DNA of 64,000 bases, taken from Felis catus. Lineage: Eukaryota. Position numbers and translations under genes: made by a program. Shown here one piece after another: positions 49,400-62,543 of this stretch. Each line of letters opens with the position of its first letter. The stretch's first letter is position 1. A model generated the notes under the pieces. It was not told the DNA's origin and did no database searches. It worked only from the letters and a program-made list of their open reading frames with translations. Location: NCBI RefSeq assembly GCF_018350175.1, contig NC_058383.1, forward strand, positions 15,130,001-15,194,000, read 5' to 3'.

Positions 49400-50450
49400 A
49401 GTCTCACCTGCTCAATGGCATGGGATAAGTGGACAAAAATAAGTAAGGATATAAAAGAAATTAACATTGTAATAAAAAACATACACTTTATGGGTATGTA
49501 TTAAACTTTAACCCTGCTAATAAGAAATCCATTCTCTCGGGGCGCCTGGATGGCTCAGCTGTTTGGGTGTATGACTTTGGCTCAGGTCATGATCTCACAG
49601 TTCGTGATTTCGAGCTCCACATCAGGCTCTGTGCTGACAGCTCAGAGCCTGGAGCCTTCTTCAGGTTCTGTGTCTCCTCCTCTCTCTGCGTGTCCCATGC
49701 TCATGTTCTATCTCTCTCTGTCTCTCAATAATAAATAAACGTTAAAAATTAAAAAAAAAAAGAAATCCATCTTCTCAACGACACATGGAATAGTTATAAG
49801 AACTGATCATAACAAGAAAATATCAGTAAATAATAATAAACTTCATATGGAAAAATAAGCACTAAATAATACTCAGGAAATCACCACAAAATAAAAACTG
49901 AGAGGCAACTAGCCTTATCAAATATTAAAATATATCACAAAGCTTTGATAATTAAAACTGTGTTAAAAAAAAAAAACAGTGTAGTGCTGGTACATGAATG
50001 GATAAACAGACCAGTGGAGTAGAATAGAATATTCAGAAATAGATACAAGCTCATGTGGAATTTCAATGTATAATAAAGGTGACATCTCAAATCACTGGGG
50101 CAAAACTGGACTTTCTGTTCTGTGTTTTTATTAGGAGAGGCTGTTTGTTGAAGAATTTTTCAGCATATATGGAAATAATTATATGATACTTTTCATTCAC
50201 ATTTCTTAATGTGGTATATCATACTATGTATTTTTAAAAAATTGAACCAATCTTGCATTCCTGGAATAAATCCCACTTGGCCATTGTGTATCATTTTCTT
50301 AATATGGTGTTAGATCCTTTTTGCTAATTTTATAGAGAGCATTTGAATGAGTATTCATAGGTGATTTAGGCCTGTAATTTTTTATTTGTATTATCTTTAT
50401 CAAGTTTTAGTATCAATGTTATACTTCATACAAATAATTAGAAAAAATAT
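49400..50450. mobile_element. Decayed L1 ORF2 fragments (plus about 49400-50110; minus about 50130-50450)
   Basis: 'aaacagaccagtggagtagaatagaa' (plus) and 'cttgcattcctggaataaatcccacttgg' (minus). Confidence 0.65.
49539..49760 (+). mobile_element. Can-SINE
   Basis: Typical body. TSD AAGAAATCCAT at about 49522 and 49760. Confidence 0.95.
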
Positions 50451-51218
50451 TTAAAGGCAAATTTATACTCTAGATCTTTCTTTAATCTTTATAGAATACT
50501 TAATATTCTATTGGAATATATTGGACTTTTCTGAGTTGTTTCTTTGTGTCTGAAAGATATCTCATATTATTTATTCTCTCATTCCTTATCTGACTATTCT
50601 AGCTTTAGGTTCTTATTCTGCATAGTATCCGGTCTCACTGATGATGTTAATTAGAACTATGTAATTCTCTTTTCACCAAATTACCTATTTCCTTTGGGTT
50701 TTCTTGTTCTGTTTATTCACCTTGATCCTTGTCTTATATTTGGAGATCCTTAATAATAGTCATTCACACTTATGAAAAAGGGACTATATTGTTTGATAAG
50801 GAAGGCTGATCTTATTTCTTCTGACATTGGTTGGTTTGTATCTCTGACCTATCTTTCCCACATGACTCTGGTAACATGGACAACAGAATAACCCACACCC
50901 TTCACTTTAAGTGCTTGGATGTGGCTCAGACAGGCTTGCTGGGTCTTCCCAGGGGCCCCCATAAGACGAGTTTCACAACAGGATTGTGACTCCAGGCTAG
51001 TCTGATTACATAGCCTTATCAGTAAAAACTTTAAAATTCGCACACAACCTCAACATATGCATATTTATTCAATTTTAAATTACAACTTCAACTGTACTAG
51101 TTTATTATTCACATGATATATACACAAATAGAAACTGTAAAAAGATCTGCCAAAAATTCAGTAAATATGATCAAATAATTTTAAAAATGTATTTGTAATG
51201 CTCTAAGAGTATCTTTCC

Positions 51219-51410
51219 TGGGGCACTTGGATGGCTCAGTCAGTTAAGCCCCTGACTCTTGATTTTGACTCAGGTCATGATCTCACAGTTCTGAGATTGA
51301 GCCCTGTGTTGGGCTCCATGCTGGGCATAAAGCCTGCTCAAGATTCTCTCTCCCTTTCCCTCTGCCCCCTCCCACTCACTCTGTCTCTCAAAACTAACTA
51401 ATTAATTAAA
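51219..51410 (+). mobile_element. Can-SINE (older)
   Basis: 'ggggcacttggatggctcagtcagttaag...'. Confidence 0.92.
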
Positions 51411-52289
51411 ATTTTCTTTGTTACCTATGACAAATGATCACAGCAAAGAAACTGAATGTGTATATCTAACGCAATTATTAGTATTCTCACCTGGCGATGA
51501 GTGCTGGCTTTGCTATCTTCCGGTGGTGGGTTTTCCTTTTATGATTAGTATTACCTTTGGTCTGTGGTTTCTTTGAAGGAAATATTTGAAACCACTTATC
51601 CATTTTGTGAGGGTTATAGGAGCTGAAACTAGATGATATAATGCATATATCCACTCAACAAGCCAGTAGCAAACTGCAATATGCCACAATGTTCTAAAAG
51701 TGAATAACTGAGTGAGGACACTGAGGACATTTGCTGTTCTTACTCCCAAATCTTCCCTCAGAAGTCCTTGTGGGGCACTCATGACCCATAACTGTCAGGC
51801 ACAGACAGAAATTGAGGATCCTCGTTCAATACACATAGTAAATCCTACTAGAGCTTAATTTTTTTTATTTTCATAAAAATTGATATAAATTAAAGTCCTT
51901 CTTACAGCCTAGTGGGTTGCTTTGAACCTCATCTGGGATGCAGGTTTCTCTCTTTGGAGACCAGAACTGTAGGAGGCCAACACCCACATGAGGAACCCTA
52001 CTCTTCTCAAGCAAATTATTACATTTCATTTCACCTTTGATCAAAGTCTGTTTCTTCTTCCTCTACCTGCCCTCCTCCCCATTCACACACTAAGCCAGAC
52101 TCAGCCACAAACATGGTTTAGGAAAAAACTAACAACAGGGACCACTGACATGGGACCCATCCTCTTCAATTTTCCACCTACCTCACTGCTTTCTACAGTC
52201 CTAGGCTTATTCACATGTTTGCATTTTCTACCCTTGCTTCCAAGTTCAGTTCATCCAGTTTTAACCAGCACATTGTTTCCATGTGGTCA

Positions 52290-53110
52290 CACATCCATTC
52301 ATATATTCAGCAAACACTGATTGACCACCTCCTATATGCTGGTCATTCTAAGCATATAATTCTAAGGGTAATGAAGCCAGACAAAGTCTCTGCTCTTACA
52401 AATCATTACACTCTAGATGAGAAGAAGGTGTTGGAGGTGAGGGTGATAAAATGAAAAATTAAGACAGAAGGAGACACAATGATGGTAGGAGGGGTTCCTC
52501 TAGAAGAGTCGGGCAAAAAAAAGCCCTTTTGAGAGGTGTCATTTGAACAGAGACCTGAATGACATAAGGGAGACAGTTACTTGTGTATCTTGGGAAAAAC
52601 GTTCCAGGCAGGGAGAGCAGCAAGTGTGTCTGAAGAGGGGCAAGGAGCCCAGTCGAAGGGAGAGCTATAAGAAATGCCATCCATGAGGCTAATCATTTGA
52701 GGGAACAGAGCTCATAGTCTTGAACATAACAGTAGAAAGTTTGAGTTTTATGTTGACTGACATGGAAAGTCATTCAGAAGGTCTTCAGCCAAAAAGTCGG
52801 TGTAGTTCAAGTTACCTTCTTTTTTTAATTTTTTTTTCCAACGTTTATTTATTTTTGGGACAGAGAGAGACAGAGCATGAATGGGGGAGGGGCAGGGAGA
52901 GAGGGAGACACAGAATCGGAAACAGGCTCCGAGCCATCAGCCCAGAGCCTGACGCGGGGCTCGAACTCACGGACCGCGAGATCGTGACCTGGCTGAAGTC
53001 GGACGCTTAACCGACTGCGCCACCCAGGCGCCCCTCAAGTTACCTTCTAAAAAGTGCACTCTGATTGCTCTGCAGAAAAGTAAACTTTGGGACAGGGATG
53101 GAAAAAAGGA
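52290..53110 (-). mobile_element. L2 fragment interrupted by a SINE
   Basis: 'cattcatatattcagcaaacactgattgaccacctcctatatgc' and 'gaggtgtcatttgaacagagacctgaatga'. Confidence 0.7.
52821..53034 (-). mobile_element. Young Can-SINE (SINEC_Fc-type)
   Basis: CpG-rich body. Perfect TSD TCAAGTTACCTTCT at 52807-52820 and 53035-53048. Confidence 0.97.
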
Positions 53111-53399
53111 AACCGGTTACCATATTTTTAAAATTCTAAGACATATTTTTTTCAAATTTTAACCTTTCTAAAGTCAACGTATGTCCTCTCTTAGCAGGTG
53201 GCACAGTTGCCCTGCCCCAAACCCACCCAGATATTAAAAGTGCCTACATACACCTCCAAACAAGTGTCAACAGCTTATAAGAAAAACCTGATAGCACAAT
53301 CCATAGAAAGCAAAGGGCTGAGGAAAAGGGGGGTGGATGAGACAAATCAGAGATGCTTAACAACATTCTCAAGCAGGGGTAAAAAGTGGGCTGGCTCAA

Positions 53400-54041
53400 A
53401 TGGCTTTTTTGCAAAAACTGACAAACTGATCTTAAAATTCATATGAAAATTCAAAAGGACCCAGAATAGACAAAACAGTCTTTAAAAAGAACAGTTCGAG
53501 GAGTTATATCTCCTGATTTTAAAACCTATTACAATGTTATCATATATTTTGCCAGTAAGTGGTACTGGCATAAGAATAGATAGATAGGCCAATGGAAGGA
53601 AATTGAGATACTGTTCCCCACCCCAAATCTCTGCATTTCCAGTCAATTGATCTTCAACAAAGATGTTAAGAAAATTCAATGAAAACAGAATAGTTTTTTC
53701 AACAAATGATGTTGGGAAAATTGTGTATCACAAGAAAAAAAGATAAATTTGGGACACTATATACAAAAATTAAATTAATCAAAGATCTAAATGTAAGAAC
53801 TAAAGCTCTAAAATTCCTAGAAGATATAAGAGAAAATCTTCATGATCTTGGGTTAGGCAATTTTTTCTCAAGTATGACACCAAAAAGTACAAGCAACTAA
53901 ATAAAAAACAGATAAATTGGCCTTCATCAAAATTAAAAATTTTTGTGCTACAAATGGTACCATTAATAAGGTAAATAGACAACCCAGGGAATGGCAGAAA
54001 TGTTTGCAAATCATATAGCTAAGGGACTTGTGTCTAGAATA
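53400..54041 (+). mobile_element. Old L1 ORF2 3' region, left half of split host element
   Basis: ORF2-like peptide at 53706-53900 (YTKIK...IKDLNVR). The sequence continues at 60916. Confidence 0.85.
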
Positions 54042-54676
54042 TTTTTTATTAAGTTTTTGATTTTCATTCCAGTATAGTTAACGTACAGTGTTATATTGGT
54101 TTCAGGTGTACAATATAGTAATTCAACAATTCCACACACTAACTCAGTGCTCATCAAGGTAAGTGTAGTTTTAATACCCTTCATCTCTTTACCCACCCAC
54201 CCCCACCTATCTCTCCTCTGGAAACCATCAATTTATTCTCATGTTGCTAAGAGACTTTTTCTTGATTTCTCTCTCTTTCCCTTTGCTCATTTGTTTTGTT
54301 TCTTAAATTCCACACAGGAGTGAAATCATGTGGTATTTGTCTTTCTCTGACTGACTTACTTTGCTTAACATTATACTCTCTAGCTCCAGTCACGTCATTG
54401 AAAATGGCAAGATTTCATTCCTTTTCATGGCTAAATAATATTCCATTATAATATATATCACATCTTCTTTATCCATTCATCTATTGATGGACACTTGGAC
54501 TGCTTCCATAATTTGGCTATTGTAAATAATTCTTGAGTAAACATAGGGGTGTATGTATCCCCTTGAATTAGTGTGGGGTTTTTTTTTGTCTTCTTTGGGT
54601 AAATACCCAGTAGTGTGATTGTTGGATCATAGGGTCATTCTATTTTTAACTTTTTGAGGAATTTCCATACTCTTTT

Positions 54677-54925
54677 CTACAGTGGCTGCACCAGTTTGCA
54701 TTCCCACCAACAATGCACAAGTGTTCTTTTTTCTCCACATCCTTGCCAACACCTGTTCTTTCTTGTGTTACTAATTTTAGCCTTTCTGTCAGGTGTGAGG
54801 TGATATCTCATTGTCATTTTGATTTGCATTTCCCTGATGATGAGTGATGATGGATATCTTTTCCTGTGTCTGTTGGCCATCTGGATGTCTTCTTTGGAGA
54901 AATATTTGTCATGTCTTCTGCCCAC
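54677..54925 (-). pseudogene. L1 ORF2 C-terminal cysteine-rich fragment
   Basis: [12 protein letters not shown]...IIREMQIK...RYHLTP...[14 protein letters not shown]. Confidence 0.9.
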
Positions 54926-55392
54926 TTTTTAATTGCATTATTTGACTTTTGGGTGTTGAGTTTTATAAGTTCTTTACATATATTGGATACTAACCCTCAA
55001 TTGGATATGTCATTTGTAAATATCTTGTTGATTGTTTTCTTCGCTGTACAGAAGCTTTTTATTTTGACATAGTCCTAATAGTTTGTTTTTGCTTTTGGTT
55101 TCCCTTGCCTCAGGCAACATATCTAGAAAGAAGTTGCTACAGCAATGTCACAGAAGTTTCTGCCTGTGTTCTCTTCTAGGGTTTTCATGGTTTCAGGTGT
55201 CACATTTAGGTCTTTAATTCGTTTTAAAATTATTTTTGTGTATGGTGTAAGAAAGTGGTCCACTTTCTTTCCTCTTTATGTTGCTTCCCAGTTTTCCCAA
55301 CATCATATTTTAAAGAGACTGTCTTTTCCTCACTGGATATTATTTCCTACTTTGTCAAAGATTAATTGACCATATAGTTGTGGATTTTGTTT

Positions 55393-55761
55393 CTATTGAT
55401 CTATATGTCTATTTTTGTGCCAATACCATACTGTCTTGATCACTACTACTTTGTATATAGCTTGAAGTCTGGAATTGTAGTGCCTCCATTTTTGCTTTGC
55501 TTTTTCAAAGTTGCTTTGGCTATTCGGGGTCTTTTGTGGTTTCATACAAATTTTAGGATTATTTGTTCTAGTTCTGTAAAAAAATGCTGGTGGTGTTTTG
55601 ATGGGGATCGCATTAAATGTGTAGATTGCTTTGGGTAGTATAGACATTTTAACAATATTTGTTCTTCCAGTCCACGAGCATGAAATGTCTTTCCATTTCT
55701 TTGTGTCTTCTGCAATGTCTTTCACAAGGTTTCTCTTGTTCTCAGAGTACAGGTCTTTCAC
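55393..55761 (-). pseudogene. L1 ORF2 fragment downstream of the RT core
   Basis: KDLYSEN...KWKDISCSWTGRTNIVKMSILPKAIYTFNAIPIK. Confidence 0.9.
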
Positions 55762-56422
55762 TTCTTTGGCTAAGTTTATTCCTAGGTATCTTATTATTTT
55801 TGGTGCATTTGTAAATGGGATTGTTTTCTTAATTTCTTTTTCTGCTGCTTCATTATAGGTATATAGAAATGTAACACATTTCTATACACTGACTTTTGTA
55901 TCCTGTGACTTTGCTGAATTCATGTATCAGTTCTAACAATTTTTTGGTGGAATCCTTCAGGTTTTCTATACAGAGTATTGCCATCTGCAAATTGTGAAGG
56001 CTTTACTTCTTCCTTAGTGATTTGGATGCCTTTTATTTCTTTCTGTTGTCTGATTGCTGTGGTGAGGACTCCCAATATTATGTTGAATAAAAGTGGTCAG
56101 AGTGGGCATCCTTGTCTTGTTTTTGACCTTAGGGGAAAGACTCTCAGTTTTTCCCCATTAGGGATGATATTAGCTGTAGGTTTTTCACAGATGACCTTTA
56201 TTATGTTGAGATATGTTCCCTCTAAACCTATGAGGGCTTTTATCATGAGTGGATGTTATACTTTGTCAAATGCTTTTTCTTTTGAAATGATCATAAGGTT
56301 CTTATCCTTTTTCTTATTGATACGATGTATTATGCTGATTGATTTGCAAGTATTGAACCACTCTTGCAATACAGGAATAAATCCCACTTGATTGTGGTGA
56401 ATGATTTAAAATACTGTTGGAT

Positions 56423-56650
56423 TCAGTTTGCTAGTATTTTGTTGAGGATTTCTGCATCCATGTTCAGCAGGGATATTGGCCTGCAGTTCTCCTTTATAGC
56501 TATGTCTTTATCTGGTTTTGGTATCAGGATAATACTGTCCTTATAGAATGAATTTGGAAGTTTTCCTCCCATTTTTATTTTTTGGAATAGTTTGAGAAGA
56601 ATGGGTATAAACTTTTCTTTAAATGTTGTAGACTTTGCCTGTGAAGCCAT
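56423..56650 (-). pseudogene. L1 ORF2 reverse-transcriptase N-terminal fragment
   Basis: [10 protein letters not shown]...LPNSFY...ILIPKPDKD...[23 protein letters not shown]. Confidence 0.92.
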
Positions 56651-57134
56651 CTGATCCTGGACTTTTGCTTGTTTGAAGTTTTTAAATTATTGATTCAATT
56701 TCATTGCAGGTAATCAGTCTGTTCAAATTTTCTACTATTTCCTGTTTCAGTTTTGGTAGTTTTTAAGTTTCTAGGAATTTGTTAGCATGTAGTTTTTCAT
56801 AATATTCTCATATAATTGTTTGTATTTTTGTGGTGTTGGTTGTTATTTCTCCTCTCTCATTTGTAATTCTATTTATTTGAGTCCTTTCTCTCTTTTTTTT
56901 TTTTTCCTTGATAAGCCTGGCTGGAGGTTTATCAATTTTATTGATTTTTTTTTTCAAAGAACCAGTTCCTAGTTTCACTGATCTATTCTATTGTTAGTTT
57001 AGTTACTATATATTTCTGCTCTAATCTTTATTATTTCCTTCCTTCTGCTGTTTTTAGGTTTTGTGTGTTTTTCTTTTTCTAGTTCCTTTAGGTGTAAGGT
57101 TAGGTTATTTATTTGAAAATTTTCCTGCTTCTGT

Positions 57135-57346
57135 TTTAAAATTTTTTTTAAGTTTATGTATTTATTTTGAGACAGAGAGAAAGAGAGTGAGCAGAGGAGG
57201 GACAGAGAGAGAGGGAGAGAGAGAGAATCCCAAGCAGGCTCTGTGCTAGAGACTGCTACGGGGCACAAACTTACGAACTGTGAGATCATGACCTGCGCTG
57301 AAACCAAGAGTTGGACGCTTAACCTACTGAGCCACCCAGGCACCCC
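57135..57346 (-). mobile_element. Can-SINE inserted in L1 ORF2
   Basis: SINE body flanked by TTCCTGC repeats. Confidence 0.93.
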
Positions 57347-59206
57347 TTCCTGCCTGTACAGGTAGGCCTGTATTGCTATAAACTCTTAGAACTTCTTTTG
57401 TTGTATCCCAGAGGTTTTGGACCATTTTCATTTTCATTTGTTTCCATGTATTTTTTATTTCTCCTTTTACTCCTTGATTGACTCATTCATTGTTCAGTAG
57501 CATGTTATTTAACTTCCATGTATTTTTGGTCTTTCAGATTTTTGCTTGTGGTTGACTTCTAGCTTCATAGCACTGTGGTCAGAAATCACGCATGGTATGT
57601 CTTCGATCTTCTTGAATCTGGTGAGGTTTGTTTTGTGGGCCCATATGTGATCTATTCTGGAGAATGTCCCATATGCTCTTAAAAGAATGTGTATCTTGCT
57701 GTTTTAGAATGAAATGCTCTGAATATAGTTGTTAAATCCATCTGTTCCAGTATGTCATTCAAAGTCATTGTTTTCTTGCTAATTTTTGGTTTAGATGATT
57801 TGTCCATTGACATAAGTGGGATGTTAAAGTCCCCGACTATTACTTTATTATTCTCAGTTAGTTCCTTTGTTTGTTATTAACTGCTTTATGTATTTGGTTA
57901 CTCCTATGTTGGGTGCATAAATATTTGCAATTGTTATATCTTCTTTTTGGATTATCCCCTTTATTATTATATAGTATCCTTCTTTGTTTCTTGTTAGAGT
58001 CTTTCTGTTAAAGTCTATTTTTTTCCAATATAAGTACTGCTACTCTGACTTTCTTTTGACATTTACGTGAAAGATGTTTCTTCATCCCCCCACTTTCAAT
58101 CTGCAGATGCCTTTAGGTCTAAAGTGAGTCTCTTGTAGGCAGCATATAGCTGGGTCTTGTTTTTTGCTGTTTTTTTTAATCCATTCTGTCACCCTATGTC
58201 TTTTTTATTAGAGTGTTTGGTCCATTTACGTTCAAAGTAATTATTTATAGATATAGATATGTATTTATTGTCATTTTATTACTTGTTTTGTGGTTGTTTC
58301 TGAAGATTTTTCTCTGATCCTTTCTTGTTTTTCTCTATTTCATGGTCTTCCAGTTTTCTTTAATGATATATTTGGATTTCTTTCTCTTTATTCTTTTCAT
58401 ATTCATTAGTGCTTTTTAGACTGTAGTTACCATTAGGTTTGCATATAACCTCTTCTGCATACAGCAGTCTATATTAGGTTGATGGTTGTTTAAGTTTGAA
58501 CCATTCTCTACTTCTCTCCTCCCACATTTTGGTATATAGTGTCCTATTTTACATCCTTTTATTTTGTGAGATCCTTGGCTGAATTTTTTACATAAATATT
58601 CATTTTTGCTTCTTTAGGGTTTTCTACCTTCATGCTGTCACTTTTGGTCTCTCCTTTCCACTCAAAAAGTCCCTTTTAATATTCCTTGTAGGGTTGGTGT
58701 AGTGGTCATGAACTTCTTTAGTTTTGGTTTGTTTGGGAAACTCATTATCTGTCTTTCTATTCTGAATGATAGCCTTGCTGGATAAAGTATTTTTGGCTGC
58801 AGATTTTTCCCACTCAGCACTTTGAATATATCATTCCCCTCCCTTCTGGCTTAGAAAGTTTCTGCTGAAAAATCTGTTGATAGCCTTATGGGATTTCCTC
58901 TGTATGTGACTGTTTTCTTCTGTCTCGGTACTTTTAATATTTTTTCTTTATCACTGTACTTTGCCATTTTAATTACAATATGCCTTGCTGTGGATCTGCT
59001 TTTGTTGATTTGTTGGGGGTTCTCTGCCTCTTGGATATGTTTCCTTCTCCAGATTAGGGAAGTTCTCAGCCCCCTTTTTTCTCTCTTCTTCTGGGACCCC
59101 TATAACATGAACATTATTACGTTTGATGGAGTCATGATTTCCCTAAGTCTATTCTCATTTTGCATAATTCTTTTTTCTCTCTTTTGTTCAGTTTGATTAC
59201 TTTCCA

Positions 59207-59512
59207 TTACTCTTCTAAGTCATTAATCTGTTCCTCTGCTTCTTTCAGCCTGCTATTCATTCCATCCAGCAAGTTTCTCATTTCATTTATTGAGGCCTTG
59301 ATCTCTGCTATTTTATTCCTTATCTCTATATTAAGGGTCTCACTGATGTGCTCTATTCTTTTCTCAAGTCCAGTGAGTATCTTTATGATCATTACCTTAA
59401 ATTCTCTATCTGGCATATTACTTATATCCATTTCACTTGGGTCTCTTGTTGTGGTTTGGTCTTGATCTTTCATTTGGAATGTATTCCTCTGTATCCTCAT
59501 TTTGTCTAACAC
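59207..59512 (-). pseudogene. L1 ORF1 N-terminal coiled-coil fragment
   Basis: MRIQRNTFQMKDQD...DISNMPDREFKVMIIKILTGLEKR...SRLKEAEEQINDLEE. Confidence 0.9.
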
Positions 59513-60322
59513 CCTATGTCAGTTTTTGTGTGTTGGGAACATCAGCAATGTCTCTTGCTCTTGAAGGTAATGTCTTTGTGAAGAAGAAGTCCTGTAATAC
59601 CTTGCAATGCAGTGTTTTCTGTTCCCCAGGAACTGGCGCTTCAGGGGCTGTCTCCCATATGTACTGCATGTGCCCTGCTGTTGAGTCCTAGGCCTTTTTT
59701 CCTTCAGTATTGTAGTCTGCAGAGGCTCTCTTTGCCTCTTGTGGGCAGTATTTGGTCTCCAGTTGGGTGGGAAACCTTTTGACAATGTCTGCTTGCAAAA
59801 TGAGACCTGCTGCTGCTGACACTGGAAATGAGATCTCACAAAATGCACAGGTCAAAATTCAAGGCACTGATGGGGTTTGTGCTGGTCTGCTGATGGAGGG
59901 GTCCTGCAGCACAGGGATTGAGACCAGAATGACTGAAAAGGGTGGATCTGCTGAAGCACAAGGGAATGGGGCTTGGTGCAAGCAAGTTACATAGTGAGTG
60001 TTGGTGCCATGCTCATTCCCACAAGTGGCCACGTTTATGCTGGGGGGGGGGGCGGTAAGGGGAAGGAAATGGTGCCTGCCAGCTTCTTTGTTCCTGGAAG
60101 GGTCTCCCTGTGATCGCTGCCTCTTCAGGACGTGCTCTGAGATGAGTAAATCACTTCCCCTGCTGTTTGTCTTCTCCTGGGGTTTGTCAAACTGCTGCTT
60201 CCATGTTGCATCTCCACTGGCTGTTTGTCCTGCTGTCTCTTTAGGGGTGTAGACTCAGTTCCTTCTTGCCTTCCTGGCTCTCCCAGAGCCGAACCTGCTG
60301 ATTTTTAAAATTTCAGGCTTTA

Positions 60323-60530
60323 GGAGCATCTGTGTAGCTCAGAGGATTAAACATCTGACTTCAGCTGAGGTCATGATCTCACAGTTTGTGAGTTCATGCC
60401 CCACATTGGGCTCTCTGCTGTCAGTGAAGAGCCTGGAGCCTGCTTCAGATCCCCTGTCTCCCTCTCTCTCTGCCCTTCCCCTGCTGTGCTCTCACTCAAA
60501 AATAAATAAACATTTTTTAAAAAATAAAAA
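60323..60530 (+). mobile_element. Can-SINE inserted in L1 5'UTR
   Basis: 17-bp TSD TAAAATTTCAGGCTTTA at 60306-60322 and 60531-60547. Confidence 0.94.
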
Positions 60531-60915
60531 TAAAATTTCAGGCTTTAAATTTAATTTTTAAGTTTCTTGCTGGTTGTTAGGACTCATGAGATTTGGTCTG
60601 TCTCACTTTCAAAGCCAAATGTTATGGGGATTCACCTTCTCCATGTGGACTCCTTGATGTGATACTGTTTTTTGCCCTTCTCCATGCACCAGCTCTCTAC
60701 CCACCACAGACGCTCATGGTCCATTTCACTCCTAAACTGTGTCTTTGCCCTTCCTACCTTCTTTGATATGACCTCTTCTCTACCTTTAGTTGAGTTTGCT
60801 CTGCCAGTTTCCAGGTCATTTTATGGGTTATTTACAGTGATGTGAGTGTTATCTAGTTGTATCTGTGGGATGAGGTGAGCTTAAGGTCCTCCTACTCTGC
60901 CATCTTCCCAGCTGC

Positions 60916-61825
60916 TGTGTCCAGAATACTTTAAGAACTCTTACAACTCAATATTAAAGAGGTAAACAAGTCAATTAAAAATGCACTCTCTTCTTTCCCC
61001 CAAAGAAATAAGAAAATGGCCAGTAAGCACACAAAAAGATGTGTATCAGTTGTCAGGGACACGCAAATCACAACTGCAGTGAGATATTTCTTCACACCCC
61101 TTGGGATGACTATAATCAAAAGGACTCATAATAACTGTTGACTTGAATGTGGGGAAACCAGAATCCTCATTGATTGCCAGTGAGAATGTAAAATGGTGCA
61201 GCCACTTTAGAAACAGTCTGGCAGGTTCTCAAAATGCTAAATGTAGAGTTACCATTTGATCCAGCCATTCCACCTCTAAGTGTATATCAGAGAAAAGGGT
61301 GAAAGTCTACAGATATTTGTACTTAAATGGTCATAGCGGTATTATTCTTAATTATTCTATTATTATTCTATCAAAAAATGGGAAAAACCCAAATGTCTCT
61401 CAAATGGTGAATGGATAAACAAAATATGGAATGTTCATATAGGGAAAACTATTCAGTAATAAAAGGCAACAAAGTACTGATACTTTGCTACAATGTGAAT
61501 GAACATCAAAAACATTAAGCTCCGTAGGAAAAAAATCCACATGTATAAAGAATACATATTGTTTGACTCCGTGTATACTGAGCGTCCAGAAAAGGCAAAT
61601 CGATAGAGACAGAAAGTAAATCAGTGGTTGCCTACGACTGAAGGTGAGAATGGGGAGTGGAGGTAAATAGGAATGAGATTTCTTTTGGGGTGATGGGAAT
61701 GTCCTAAAATTAATTGTGGCCATGGTTGCACAATTCTGTAAATATACGAAACATCATTAATTATACATTTTAAATAGATGGGTTTTGCATTATGTAAATT
61801 ACATTTTAATAAAGGTATTTTTTAA
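60916..61825 (+). mobile_element. Old L1 (L1MB-like) ORF2 end and 3'UTR, right half of split host element
   Basis: 'ccagaatactttaagaactcttacaactcaa' continues the sequence broken at 54041 and ends with AATAAA near 61808. Confidence 0.85.
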
Positions 61826-62040
61826 AGTAGACAGGGTCTGTATAATTGCAAAGCCAGTCAAAAAGCCTGGCACCCATGGCCCTTATTCTTTTATGGATTC
61901 TTGTTAAAAATGCTGCATCACCTACACTTTTAATGGTTCACAAAATTGTGGAAAAATCGTGCACATTAATGACTTTGAGTTAAAAAGTGATTCAGAAGAG
62001 TGGACTCTGAGTGTGATTAAGTGTTAGTCATATCTTAATC

Positions 62041-62238
62041 CAGTGTTTCTCAAGATGCGGCTCCTGGAGTAACAGCATCAGCTTTGCCTGGGAACTTTAC
62101 CCCGCAACAACGCAAAATGTGGGGCCCCACTGAATCAGATGTCCTAACTCAGAAATTCTGGGGCTAGGGCCCAGGGATCTGTACTTTAACAAACCCTCCA
62201 ACTGATACTGATGCAGGCTCAAGTTTGAGAATCAATGC
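62041..62238. mobile_element. MER5A-like hAT-Charlie MITE
   Basis: CAGTGTTTCTCAA ... TTTGAGAATCAATG termini and an MER5A-type interior. Confidence 0.85.
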
Positions 62239-62361
62239 CTTATTGAATAGTTTCATTTATATTTTTCTTTTCATGTATGTGTAAGAGAGAGCATTAAAGA
62301 TATTTCCAAAAATTCTTTAAAGTATCTTTGCATAGGTATAAAAATAAGAATTCTAAGTCTT

Positions 62362-62543
62362 GAATGTTTATCTATTTTTGAGAGAGAGCGAGGGGGGCCA
62401 GAACGAGAGAGGGAGACAGAAGACCTGAAGCAGGCTCTGCACTGACAGTAAAGAGCCACCTGTAGGGCTTGAACCCACGAGCCATGAAATCATGACCTGA
62501 GCTGAAGTCAGACACTTAACCGACTGAGCCACCCAGACGTCCC
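62362..62543 (-). mobile_element. Can-SINE with very short tail
   Basis: TSD AAG(A/G)ATTCTAAGTCTT at 62346-62361 and 62544-62559. Confidence 0.94.

Larger units (their letters stand above)
54042..60915 (-). mobile_element. Full-length, inactivated carnivore L1 (5'UTR-ORF1-ORF2-3'UTR)
   Basis: The 5' end reads GGGAAGATGGCAGAGTAGGAGGACC (YY1-type AAGATGGC). ORF1 and ORF2 fragments are in the correct order. TSD TGTGTC(T/C)AGAATA at 54029-54041 and 60916-60928. Confidence 0.93.

Noticed and set aside
54866..59691. Hydrophobic Phe/Leu/Ile-rich plus-strand ORFs resembling membrane proteins
   Set aside because: These are antisense translations of A-rich L1 ORF1/ORF2.
54042..60915. L1 as an active retrotransposon or novel reverse-transcriptase system
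   Set aside because: ORF1 and ORF2 are fragmented by stops, frameshifts and a SINE insertion. It is an ordinary dead L1.
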